From positions 65,286-129,285 of the forward strand of contig PCVY01000065.1 of assembly GCA_002787155.1 (NCBI GenBank): a DNA stretch of 64,000 bases, in the 5' to 3' direction. This document shows, in pieces, positions 29,278 to 38,918 of the stretch. The notes below the pieces were generated by a model that was given only the letters and a program-made list of their open reading frames with translations, made no database searches and had not been told where the DNA came from. How positions within the stretch are numbered: the stretch's first letter is position 1; every line of letters begins with the position of its first letter. The stretch comes from Candidatus Abzuiibacterium crystallinum. GTDB lineage: Bacteria > Omnitrophota > Omnitrophia > Omnitrophales > Abzuiibacteriaceae. The position numbers were made by a program, and so were the translations under genes.

Positions 29278-30636
29278 TTATTCCGTGACTTCCCGAATCG
29301 ATTGATAAACAACTTTTAATAATTGATTTAATTCTTGGTGCGTGATGGAAAGTGGCGGCATTAAAACCACCACGTTGCCTAACGGACGAATAATCACGCC
29401 CTTCTCACGTGCCCGCATGGTGACTGCTGCCCCGGCACGCCGGTTCAATTCAAATGGCTTTTTGGTTCGGCGGTCTGCTACCAACTCAATGCCGGCCATC
29501 AAACCTTTTTGTCTAATATCACCCACATGCCGAAGGTTTTCGAACTGCTTCAGGCCTTGTGCCAACAGCTTGATTTTCAGCTGCAACTTCGACAGTGTTT
29601 TTTGTTTCTTGAAAACTGTTAAATTTGCAAGGGCGGCACGGCAAGCCAAAGGATTGGCTGTGAACGTGTGGCCGTGAAAGAAAGTTTTAAAACGCGTATA
29701 ATCACCTAGGAAGGCGTTGTAAATATTCTCTGTCGTGAGCGTTGCTGCCAGCGGTAAATACCCGCCGCTTAAACCTTTTGCCACACAAAAAATATCGGGC
29801 GTCACTCTTTCATGATCGCAGGCAAACCATTTTCCTGTCCGGCCGAAACCAGTTGCGACTTCGTCAAAGATCAAGAGCGTATTATACTTTTTCGTCAACT
29901 GTCTTGCACGTGAAATATAACCTTTTGGCTGATCAATCATGCCGGCAGCCCCTTGCATAAGGGGTTCCATCACCAAAGCAGCTGTCACATTTGCGTGACG
30001 CTTTAAAACAGCTTCCAGCCGAGCGGTGCAATAATCCAGATAATCTGCCTCTGAACCTTTAAAAGAATCCCGGTATCGATAAGGAGATGAGACAGGAATG
30101 GTGTTGAACAACAGAGGGCGATACATTTGGTGGAAAAGATCAATGCCGCCTACTGAGACAGAACCGAGCGTGTCGCCGTGGTAAGCATTGGTAAGACGGA
30201 TAAATTTTTTACGTTTCTTCCCGCCTCTATTCTGCCAATATTGAAAAGCGATTTTGAGTGCGATTTCAACGGCTTCCGATCCGGAATCGGAATAAAAAAC
30301 CCGCTTGAGACCTTTGGGGGCAATCCGAATCAGTTCTCTGGAAAGTTCAATGGCCGGTACGTTGGAAAGTCCTAAGAAAGTTGAGTGAGCAATTTGCCGC
30401 AATTGTTTCTCGACAGCACGGTCAATGTCTTTGACGCGGTGGCCATGTACGTTGCACCACAAAGATGACACACCGTCCAAGTAACGTTTACCGTCGGTAT
30501 CTTTTAAGTAGTTCCCGCTGCCCGACTCAATAATCAAAATATCTTCAGCCTCCCACTCCTGCTGCTGCGTAAAAGGATGCCAAATATATTCTTTGTCAAG
30601 CTTGGCCAATTGTTTGGTTTTATTTGATTGACGCAC
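29278..30636 (-). CDS. bioA: 7,8-diaminopelargonic acid aminotransferase
   Basis: IWHPFTQ, SSLW, DSGS, YHGDT, DEVATGFGRTG; adjacent to bioD. Confidence 0.96.
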   Translation of the reverse strand: MRQSNKTKQLAKLDKEYIWHPFTQQQEWEAEDILIIESGSGNYLKDTDGKRYLDGVSSLWCNVHGHRVKDIDRAVEKQLRQIAHSTFLGLSNVPAIELSRELIRIAPKGLKRVFYSDSGSEAVEIALKIAFQYWQNRGGKKRKKFIRLTNAYHGDTLGSVSVGGIDLFHQMYRPLLFNTIPVSSPYRYRDSFKGSEADYLDYCTARLEAVLKRHANVTAALVMEPLMQGAAGMIDQPKGYISRARQLTKKYNTLLIFDEVATGFGRTGKWFACDHERVTPDIFCVAKGLSGGYLPLAATLTTENIYNAFLGDYTRFKTFFHGHTFTANPLACRAALANLTVFKKQKTLSKLQLKIKLLAQGLKQFENLRHVGDIRQKGLMAGIELVADRRTKKPFELNRRAGAAVTMRAREKGVIIRPLGNVVVLMPPLSITHQELNQLLKVVYQSIREVTE

Positions 30637-30669
30637 TTTGCCTCCAAAAGCCGTTATTATAATTGGATA

Positions 30670-30739
30670 GTCACAAAGTCACAAGGATGCAAGTGATGAC
30701 TTATGATATTGTAACGTTGTAACGTTATAACTTTGTGAC
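30670..30739. repeat. Degenerate 8-bp-period repeat with inverted arms
   Basis: GTCACAAA GTCACAAG ... TTGTAACG TTGTAACG TTATAACT TTGTGAC. Confidence 0.6.
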
Positions 30740-30802
30740 CCTATAATTTTAAACATAAAATTATGATTGATTTGCCGTGCGCTTCCTTTTATATATAGAC
30801 GC

Positions 30803-31945
30803 ATGAAAACAATCAAATCGTTTCCCCAAGCGGCGTTTCAGAAGAAGCTGCTCAAATGGTATCAAACCTCAAAGCGCCCACTGCCATGGCGGCAGAAGAA
30901 AAGTGCTTATGGAACCCTGGTCTCAGAAATCATGCTCCAGCAAACGCAAATCAAAACCGTGATTCCTTATTACGGGCGCTGGCTTAAAACTTTTCCGACC
31001 ATTCAAAAACTGGCAAAAGCACCGCTTAGGAAAGTGCTTAAATTATGGGAAGGCCTGGGTTATTACTCGCGCGCTCGCAATCTTCACCGAACGGCTCAAA
31101 CAATTGACCGCCGATTCCAAGGACAAATTCCATCCGATCCGGAAATCCTGATGATGCTCCCCGGCATCGGACGCTACACAGCCGGCGCCATCGCAAGCAT
31201 TGCCTATGATCAACCGGTGCCTTTGGTAGATGGGAATGTCGCACGCGTATTTTCACGCATTTTTTTAATCAAACAAGATATTTTGAAACCGGAAACGCAG
31301 AAACTGCTTTACACGTATGCTTCCTCACTGGTTTCTTCAAAACAAGCAGGCAATTTCAATCAAGCTTTGATGGAATTAGGTGCTTTAATCTGTACACCTG
31401 CATTACCGGAGTGCTCGCTCTGCCCGGTTCGTTCCCTCTGCTGCGCTTATCAAAACGGCGTGCAAGAAACACTTCCTGTTCGATCAAAAGGTCCTCAAAA
31501 AAAGAAGGTGTTTTTGCAAGCAGCACTTCTGACACACCAAAACAAAATATTAGTTCAGGAACGTCCGGCAAAAGGTATTTGGGGTGGTTTGTGGGAGTTG
31601 CCTAACAGGCGCGTGAATGGCGAGCATGAACCCAGAAAATTTAAACGTTATTTAGAAAAACAATATCGTGTTTCTTTGGCGCCGACTTTTAAACGTTTAT
31701 CTTTAATGAAACGTGAACTCACGCATTTGTCCGTTGTGATTGAACCTTTTCAATTTCTGGTTAAAAAAACTGCTTTAAAACAAAGCGAAAAGCTGCGTTG
31801 GATATTGAAGCCTCATTTAAAATCCATTTCTTGTCCGGTCCCTTATCAGCAAATCCTTCAAAATCATTTTGAATCTAAAGTCTTGGGGTCAGACCCTGAC
31901 CTGACCCCAAGCAAAGGGTCTGACCCCGCGCAACCAAATGGATAA
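30803..31945 (+). CDS. mutY: A/G-specific adenine glycosylase
   Basis: SEIMLQQT, WEGLGYYSRARN, LPGIGRYTAGA, VDGNV, 4Fe-4S Cys motif, NUDIX-like C-terminus. Confidence 0.96.
   Translation: MKTIKSFPQAAFQKKLLKWYQTSKRPLPWRQKKSAYGTLVSEIMLQQTQIKTVIPYYGRWLKTFPTIQKLAKAPLRKVLKLWEGLGYYSRARNLHRTAQTIDRRFQGQIPSDPEILMMLPGIGRYTAGAIASIAYDQPVPLVDGNVARVFSRIFLIKQDILKPETQKLLYTYASSLVSSKQAGNFNQALMELGALICTPALPECSLCPVRSLCCAYQNGVQETLPVRSKGPQKKKVFLQAALLTHQNKILVQERPAKGIWGGLWELPNRRVNGEHEPRKFKRYLEKQYRVSLAPTFKRLSLMKRELTHLSVVIEPFQFLVKKTALKQSEKLRWILKPHLKSISCPVPYQQILQNHFESKVLGSDPDLTPSKGSDPAQPNG
31885..31927. repeat. REP-like palindromes inside the mutY 3' end
   Basis: GGGGTCAGACCCTGACCTGACCCC...GGGTCTGACCCC, translated as GSDPDLTPSKGSDP. 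Confidence 0.85.
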
Positions 31946-32924
31946 ATTACTCCTGGAACAATATGACAACACGGCCAAGCATGGCGCTATTTTTGATGTC
32001 TCCGCACGAGGGAAAATAGAACTGTCAGGCGAAGACGCAGTTTCTTTTCTGCATCGGATGATCACCAATGACATTGAGCATTTAGGTGCTGGCAGCGGCT
32101 GTTACGCTTGCTTTCTCACCAATCAAGCCAAAGTGATTGCCGACATGAATGTTTTTGTCTTAGAGAAAACCGTTTGGCTTGACGTTGAGCCGGGTTATCG
32201 AACCAAAGCCATCCAAGCCCTCGAAAAATTCGTTTTAATGGATAACGTTAAAATCGAAGACAAAACTGAAGCCTTTTCAAGCCGCTTACTATTTGGCCCC
32301 AAAGCACAGGTCTTTTTGCAGATGATGACCAAAACAACCGGTTATCCTGATCAGCCTTTTCGGCATCTTTGCTCTAAAATCAAAGACATGGGCTGCCATA
32401 TTATTTGCTTACCCGTGTTTGGCAGCCGCGGATGGCTTCTTGTTTTCCCGAAGGAAAGTTCTGATTCCTTTCATCAAATGCTCGCTCAGGCCGCCGCTTC
32501 ATTTGACATTCAACCGATGCCAGGCGAAATAGCTGAGATTTTGCGGGTGGAAAACGGAGTGCCCCGGTTTGGCGTTGATTTTGATGAAACCACGATCGTA
32601 ATGGAAGCTGGGATTGAGGATCGGGCAATCAGTTTTGATAAAGGCTGTTACCCCGGTCAGGAGTTGGTCGCACGGATGGACAGCCGGGTTAAGTTTGCCA
32701 AGAAATTAACCATGCTTGTTTTAAATGATGAGCAAATACCTCGCGCCAATGACCCGATTCAAAAAGAAGGCAAACACATCGGTAGAATCACCAGTGCTGT
32801 CTTTTCGCCCAAACTGATGAAACCTGTTGCACTTGGTTTTGTCATGCGGGATTATTTAATTAATGGTAACGAAGTGGAAATCATTTCTGACGGTAAGCCT
32901 TGCCGTGCCAAATTAAAAATCTAG
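31938..32924 (+). CDS. ygfZ: YgfZ/GcvT-family folate-binding protein
   Basis: KGCYPGQE motif and GcvT-like N-terminus. Confidence 0.9.
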   Translation: MDKLLLEQYDNTAKHGAIFDVSARGKIELSGEDAVSFLHRMITNDIEHLGAGSGCYACFLTNQAKVIADMNVFVLEKTVWLDVEPGYRTKAIQALEKFVLMDNVKIEDKTEAFSSRLLFGPKAQVFLQMMTKTTGYPDQPFRHLCSKIKDMGCHIICLPVFGSRGWLLVFPKESSDSFHQMLAQAAASFDIQPMPGEIAEILRVENGVPRFGVDFDETTIVMEAGIEDRAISFDKGCYPGQELVARMDSRVKFAKKLTMLVLNDEQIPRANDPIQKEGKHIGRITSAVFSPKLMKPVALGFVMRDYLINGNEVEIISDGKPCRAKLKI

Positions 32925-32936
32925 GGGTCAGACCCC
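32924..32936. repeat. Single REP-like unit GGGGTCAGACCCC
   Basis: Overlaps the ygfZ stop, between convergent genes. Confidence 0.7.
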
Positions 32937-32946
32937 GCGCCGCGAC

Positions 32947-35900
32947 TTAAGCCATTTCGGCAATCCGGCTCCATGATCGGATCTCCCGATCGAGAATATC
33001 AGCCAAACCGGCAATGCCTGATCTTAAATTTTTGATGGTGTTGTCTGAAAGTGTAATAATGCGATCGTAAAACTCGGACAACCGGGAATTGGCAAGTGTT
33101 GTTCTGGTCAATAGAGTGAGTCGCTTAGCACCACTCGCACGTAACTTGACGGCCAAAGCTTGAGGTGTTTTGGCAAAAACGATTTTTCGGTCTTCCGGAA
33201 GCATCGCATTGGCATTTTGAATCAATTCTAATTCGGAACCGGTCGTATAAACCACGCCTATCAATGTGCCGCTGTGTGCTGCTTCGGTTGCTAAAGCAAA
33301 AAGCCCGTCCCCAAAAGCAACGCTCCAGTCAAAAACAGTTGCTTGTGATTGGTCAAGCGTGGCACTGATGCCAAGTCGATCATAAAAATAAGATTTGGCA
33401 CTTGGATTTTGGTCAAACAAAGCATGAGCTTGTTCTACCGCGCGGGCAAATTGTGTTCTATCATTGGCGGATTCCGGCAATGCGATTCTTAACTCAGCTC
33501 GTTCATCAACATTCGATGCCGCGCGTGCTAGCTGGTGTGTAACGGTTGCAATGAGCCGGTCACCTTCATTTGGCGCATTTGTAATGGCTTTTGACACTGC
33601 TTGCACGAAACGCGCGGGCACTCTTCTCTCAATAAGGGCGGCCGCCCATTCGCCGATCGCAAACGCCCAAGCACGCCAATCATCGGCAGGAATGGTTGTC
33701 AAAGCATCAACCAATGTGCGCTTTCCGGCATCTTTCATGATTTCAGATTGAATGATTTGGAAAGTAATTTTGTCACCCACTGAAGCTGCTGCCGCTAATT
33801 GCAGCACCCACGCCCAAAGGCGGTTGGTAATATCGCCAGGCGTTTGGTTGGGAAGTTCTTTGGTGCGGATAATTCCAAACTCTTTCCATTCATTGTAATC
33901 GATAGAACCATCTTCGCTCATGGCATATAAAATAAGCAAATAACCAAACGCCCATATTTCAAATTCAGTTTTCGGCATATCCGCTCTCGCCATCACGTCT
34001 TCTATTTGATAAAGCCAAGGACCAAATAAGTTTTCTCGTAAAGGCGCCCGGCCTCTGGCTTGGAATTCGGCCAAAGCCATTCTGCCGATTAACCATCGCC
34101 GCCAACTTTGGAACGATTCTTCAGTCAGTCTTTCAATATCCTGTTTCATAAAATCTTTGATTTGAGAATAAATTCGGTTGCCATTCCCGGCAGCAACCAA
34201 TAAAGCAACGCTTGCGCTGTAAGCACGCAGTTTAATTTCCTCTTGCGTGTTACCCGGCATCGCTTTCATTGCTTCAAAAAACCGCCACACTTGCTTAGAC
34301 ACTTCTTTCTTATCGGTGTAATCGATCTCGCGCAGATTGATTACAAATTTTCCGCGCAGCTCAGAATGACCGGATCTTTTATTTCGTTTCATACGAAGCT
34401 TATATTGGAGATCGGTTTGAATACCGATGGATACATACAATCTGTTTAATTCTTCTTTTGCCTTTTTAATTCTTACTTCGTCTTGATCAACTTCGGCTTG
34501 TACACGTTCTTCCATTAACGCCAACCACATTTTAACGACAATTGGAATGCCTGCTAAATAGCGTTCTCCAGTATGGACGTCATGTTCTAAATCAAGAATG
34601 ATTTCTTCATCCGCATCATCAGTGATGCTATTAATAAAGGCGCCCATCCGGGCATCTTCGATTTGCCTATCAAGACTCAGGTTGGTACGAAGAATTAAAA
34701 CTTGAACAATATTAAATTCATCCAAAATAGATTCGGCTAAATTTTCCTTGCTTGCCATTGTTCTTAAAGTTGCTAGTTTGGGCAAGATGCGATTTCTGGA
34801 TGTTTCGATAAGCTGCATCAAAGAAATTTGAGATTGAATGCGTAATTCTGCATGGCCGGAAGAACTTTCTTTTGATTCCGCGAGTTTGATACTGATACCA
34901 ACAATGCGGCCGGCGCCTGCAAAATCTCCCAAAAGAAGGACGGTTGGTTCTTTGCTGCCATTTTCTTTGACAACCAAACTGGTTAGTTCTTCATCCTGAA
35001 AGGATACGAATGTGCCATAAATGACACGATTCGTCGTTTGTCCATGCGCACGATAAAGCAATCGGATTGAATCGCCCGGTTTGAGCGAGTTCGCCAATAA
35101 AAATTCGGCATTAAGCGTTTGTTCGATATTCAGTCGAATTTTCTGATTTGACCGTATTTCAAAACGACGCACCTCGCCATCTTGACTGACAAAAGTGATT
35201 AGCACTTCTAAACCGGTTACTTTGTTCCGGTAATGCATCGCAGAACCGGGATTAAAATATGTTTGGCGGCCAGGGTCGACCAATGTTTCATTTTTGCCGT
35301 GATTGATATAAATTACTTCTAAATTGCGGGGTCGTACGCCTCGGTAGGGTTTGGGGAACTGAAAAACATTTTTATTGGCTCTGTTCTGAACAACGCCTAT
35401 GGGTAACAAAAAGTCTTGGTTAAAATTAATGGTCATCCATCGGTACGGCAAGGCAATGGTGGTTGAAAATTTTAATTCTGTTTGTTCTTTTTCATCTGAT
35501 TTTGTTTCAATTTCATCTTCAGCAGGTTTTTGACGCAATTCTGAATGAGTCGAAGCTGAGACGATTTTAGCAAGCACAATACCTAAGGCCCGAATTTCAC
35601 CGGTACCCTCAAAATCCTCCAAGGGGAATACGGTTGGAACGAGCTTATCATTTTCTTGAACCACTAAGTGATTGACCGTATCACCGATTTCGTAACTCAC
35701 AAAATGACCTTTAACGGGCCGGCCTTTGTTTTCTCCGTGCAAACGATAGAAGAAGTGAATTTCATCTCCCGATTTTAATGAATCAGCAAGCATGAAATCA
35801 ATATGCCGTGCTCTTTTAAATGTCAGGCGAATTTTTTTGTTAGATTTTATTTCAAAACGCCGGCCGGTATCGTTTTTTGAAACATATTCGATTGAAACAA

Positions 35901-37128
35901 CTAATCCTGTTGTTTTGTTTTCAATTCGTGCAGACTTGCCAACATTCACATAAACTTGCTCACCTAAAGCAGCGGGAATTTCTTTTCCCTCTACATTAAC
36001 ATAGATTAATTGAAGATCGGACCCAGGTCGGCGGTTTTTGGGATAGTTAAACAGCGTGACGGCTGTTTTCTTTGACTGGACAATGCCAAACGGTAATGTA
36101 AACTCGTCGCCGAAATTCACGCCTACCCATTCATGCGGAATGGTAATAAAAGCCGAAAAAGGTAACTGTATTTGGTCTGCAATGATTTCTTTATCCTTTT
36201 CTATGAAACGTAATTCTTGACGACTTAAGAGTTTTTGTTCGGCTGATTTTGCAGCTTTATTCACATCCTGATCAAAGAGGCCAAAGACACTTATTGTTTT
36301 TATCCAATCCCGCAACTCTGAACGTTCAAAAGTAACTTCAAAATCACCCATCATGAGCCGCCCGTCTGTAGCGGCAAAGCGCAAGCGATTACCGTTAATA
36401 TGTTTGAGAAGAATCGAAACACCCGCTTTCGAATCAACGGGTTGCTGGCGGCCTTTTAAATCAGCCAATTTTGAATCTCTTGAAGTAGTTATAAACGCTT
36501 CTGCCGCGGAAATTAACCAAGCCAATGCTGCTTGATTATCATCACGATCAACATCCAATAAAGTATAAAGCTGCGGATGTGGATTAAAACTTCCGGGAAT
36601 AAGCGCAAGTTTAAAAGGATACCTTTTCCTGGGCGGTAGATTTTGAGGCGGCGCTGTTTCTAGCGGAAGAAGTTCTTTTAAGATATCAAGAACAGTTCTC
36701 GGAATTCTTCCTTCAGAATTAATGATACCGGCTTTTTTCCAAGCTTTCCCTGCTGTTTGTACCTCTGAATCTTGAGGGGTAAGTTTATTGTGTACAAGAC
36801 CTCTTAGAATGCTGCGCTCTTCTTGTGTCAGCCCCACGAGCATCTGGTTGACTTGATTTTTTAAAGTCTCGCCTTCTCTTAATTCTGCTCTTAATTCAGG
36901 TGCCGTTTGTAAACGTGAAAGCGCTTCCATTGACCCTGTTTGTTGCAACCACCCATTGTTAATGAGCGTTTGCTGTCTGGCATGCGAAAATTCTTCACGA
37001 ATGGTTTGTGTAACGGTAGTAGGAACGTCGGAATATGCGATTGTCTCCGTCCAGCTAAAAGCCGCTACGAGCACAATGGCAATGGTTTTAAGAAGAATTG
37101 GGTTTGACTTCGTTTTTAGAAAGGACAT
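32947..37128 (-). CDS. Large exported modular protein (1393 aa) with eight ELR linker motifs and an internal ~225-aa duplication
   Basis: Long ORF, N-terminal signal-like KTIAIVLVAAFSWTETIAYS; motifs and duplication read from the translation. Confidence 0.85.
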   Translation of the reverse strand: MSFLKTKSNPILLKTIAIVLVAAFSWTETIAYSDVPTTVTQTIREEFSHARQQTLINNGWLQQTGSMEALSRLQTAPELRAELREGETLKNQVNQMLVGLTQEERSILRGLVHNKLTPQDSEVQTAGKAWKKAGIINSEGRIPRTVLDILKELLPLETAPPQNLPPRKRYPFKLALIPGSFNPHPQLYTLLDVDRDDNQAALAWLISAAEAFITTSRDSKLADLKGRQQPVDSKAGVSILLKHINGNRLRFAATDGRLMMGDFEVTFERSELRDWIKTISVFGLFDQDVNKAAKSAEQKLLSRQELRFIEKDKEIIADQIQLPFSAFITIPHEWVGVNFGDEFTLPFGIVQSKKTAVTLFNYPKNRRPGSDLQLIYVNVEGKEIPAALGEQVYVNVGKSARIENKTTGLVVSIEYVSKNDTGRRFEIKSNKKIRLTFKRARHIDFMLADSLKSGDEIHFFYRLHGENKGRPVKGHFVSYEIGDTVNHLVVQENDKLVPTVFPLEDFEGTGEIRALGIVLAKIVSASTHSELRQKPAEDEIETKSDEKEQTELKFSTTIALPYRWMTINFNQDFLLPIGVVQNRANKNVFQFPKPYRGVRPRNLEVIYINHGKNETLVDPGRQTYFNPGSAMHYRNKVTGLEVLITFVSQDGEVRRFEIRSNQKIRLNIEQTLNAEFLLANSLKPGDSIRLLYRAHGQTTNRVIYGTFVSFQDEELTSLVVKENGSKEPTVLLLGDFAGAGRIVGISIKLAESKESSSGHAELRIQSQISLMQLIETSRNRILPKLATLRTMASKENLAESILDEFNIVQVLILRTNLSLDRQIEDARMGAFINSITDDADEEIILDLEHDVHTGERYLAGIPIVVKMWLALMEERVQAEVDQDEVRIKKAKEELNRLYVSIGIQTDLQYKLRMKRNKRSGHSELRGKFVINLREIDYTDKKEVSKQVWRFFEAMKAMPGNTQEEIKLRAYSASVALLVAAGNGNRIYSQIKDFMKQDIERLTEESFQSWRRWLIGRMALAEFQARGRAPLRENLFGPWLYQIEDVMARADMPKTEFEIWAFGYLLILYAMSEDGSIDYNEWKEFGIIRTKELPNQTPGDITNRLWAWVLQLAAAASVGDKITFQIIQSEIMKDAGKRTLVDALTTIPADDWRAWAFAIGEWAAALIERRVPARFVQAVSKAITNAPNEGDRLIATVTHQLARAASNVDERAELRIALPESANDRTQFARAVEQAHALFDQNPSAKSYFYDRLGISATLDQSQATVFDWSVAFGDGLFALATEAAHSGTLIGVVYTTGSELELIQNANAMLPEDRKIVFAKTPQALAVKLRASGAKRLTLLTRTTLANSRLSEFYDRIITLSDNTIKNLRSGIAGLADILDREIRSWSRIAEMA

Positions 37129-37260
37129 GCGTCAACCATTCAAAAGCTGAAATAACTGGATCAAGCTTAACTGCTATGCCTCCTATTGTCAATATAAAAT
37201 GTTATAAAAGAATAATAAATGGAATTATATAGAACCATTTGGTTCTATAAAAAGGCTGAT

Positions 37261-38838
37261 TCAGTGGGAATATTTTCGCTTGAAGAGAACGCTCCGTCCA
37301 AACCGTTGATCCAAAACCCAACGACCGCCTCGGGAAATAGAATCGACGGTATTTCGATAATCATCCTCGCTTAATGGGTAAGTACTTGCAGCGGGATTAA
37401 GGAATAAATATTGCGCCTCATCGGCACACTCAGGAAAAATAGAGAAATCACCTTTGGGGATTAAATGAGGGAATAAAGATGATTGCACGCAGATAGCTTT
37501 CTCTCTTTTGAGAGAATTTGCATGCTCAGAAAGCAGGAATGATTCGGGTTGAGGCCAATAGATCCAGTAACGACCAATGCCGACAATCAGCAAAAGACAC
37601 GCCAGTAGAACAGTCAACCGGTCAAGCCCTTTATTCTTTAGAAACCGAAGCGCTTCAACGCATCCCACATAAGTAAGTGTGACTGGTATGAGACCATAAT
37701 GAATGCTTAAATGGCGGATGAGCGGAAATGATGAAACCGTATTTAAAAAAAGAGGTGGTAAAATATAAATGAGTGTCAAAGGACTCACCAAAGGAAGAAA
37801 TAAACATTTGACTCCAAAATTAAATAGCGTGCGGCCGGAAAGATTTTGAATAACGCTGATGGGATGACTGATAACCGTTGCCATCACTTCTGAAAAACCA
37901 TGCCCGAGATGCCCCCACGAACCTAAATAGGCATATCCGCCGCTCTTGCCTGCCAATCCATAGAAATAGGGAATTAAAACCCGAAAAGCGAGCCAACTAT
38001 ATACCATCCCCGCCATAACCAGCCAGAGGCCCTGACGCCGATTTTTGTGAGTCAAAATAAAATAAATACCGATCGGAATAAGATAAAGAGCATAATCTTC
38101 TTTCAGGGATAAAACAGCTAGGGTTGATAAGAATAATAAAATATTATTTTGACGATCAATACTGAGAAATAAGGCAAAGAAAAAAAACGGCGCAAAGAAA
38201 TCAGGGTGAAATTCATGCAAAAAAGCACCCCAGACATAACGATTGAGTAAAAAAGCTGCTCCCAAAATAAAAGCGACCGACCGATCACCAATCCGCGCTT
38301 CAGCTAACCGGCTCAAGATAACGGCGGTAGCTGCAAATGCGACGGCAGTTAGCAGAAACAGCGTTCCGACTCCGGCATGTATTTTGTAAAAGGGTGCTAA
38401 TAACGCCAAAAAGAAGATGAGATGATCTGAAAAATAAATCTGATGCTTAAAAGCATCCACAAAGCCATTGCCATTCGCTGCATTCCACAGAATGCTGTGA
38501 AAAAGACCGAGATCATGTGAATGGGTGTGAAACGAAAGATGCTGCCCCCATTTGGTTAAAAGCATCCAAATAAATGACGCCGCAATGATGATCCAAAAAA
38601 AGCCGCGGTGCCGGGCGAAGAATTGACCACGGGACATACCATAGATTAGGTAAGCAAGAATCGTTAAGCGCAGCCAAATCAGTGTTGCAGATGAAAACCT
38701 AAAAGCCGATTTGTGAATGAGCCGAGCATCAAAAAAGACGTAGCAGAAAAAAACAATCGAGCATAAAACAAGGAAAGTTTTCAGAATAAGCGGTAGAAAA
38801 TTTCTTTTTACCGTCAGTTGCATACGTGAAGATGACAA
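37261..38838 (-). CDS. DUF2079-like polytopic membrane protein (putative GT-C glycosyltransferase)
   Basis: DLGLFHSILWN, SDH, EFHPD, KED motifs; many TM helices. Confidence 0.75.
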   Translation of the reverse strand: MSSSRMQLTVKRNFLPLILKTFLVLCSIVFFCYVFFDARLIHKSAFRFSSATLIWLRLTILAYLIYGMSRGQFFARHRGFFWIIIAASFIWMLLTKWGQHLSFHTHSHDLGLFHSILWNAANGNGFVDAFKHQIYFSDHLIFFLALLAPFYKIHAGVGTLFLLTAVAFAATAVILSRLAEARIGDRSVAFILGAAFLLNRYVWGAFLHEFHPDFFAPFFFFALFLSIDRQNNILLFLSTLAVLSLKEDYALYLIPIGIYFILTHKNRRQGLWLVMAGMVYSWLAFRVLIPYFYGLAGKSGGYAYLGSWGHLGHGFSEVMATVISHPISVIQNLSGRTLFNFGVKCLFLPLVSPLTLIYILPPLFLNTVSSFPLIRHLSIHYGLIPVTLTYVGCVEALRFLKNKGLDRLTVLLACLLLIVGIGRYWIYWPQPESFLLSEHANSLKREKAICVQSSLFPHLIPKGDFSIFPECADEAQYLFLNPAASTYPLSEDDYRNTVDSISRGGRWVLDQRFGRSVLFKRKYSH

Positions 38839-38918
38839 GCGGCCGGAAGTTGTTTTGTGAGCTGCATAAGGACTTTGCCTTCGAGTATTCGTCTAGTGCA
38901 CAGCGGCATATTCTGGTG

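Noticed and set aside
33487-36900. ELR motifs as a DNA repeat or recombination site
   Set aside because: Synonymous codons vary between copies, so no DNA consensus beyond the encoded peptide.
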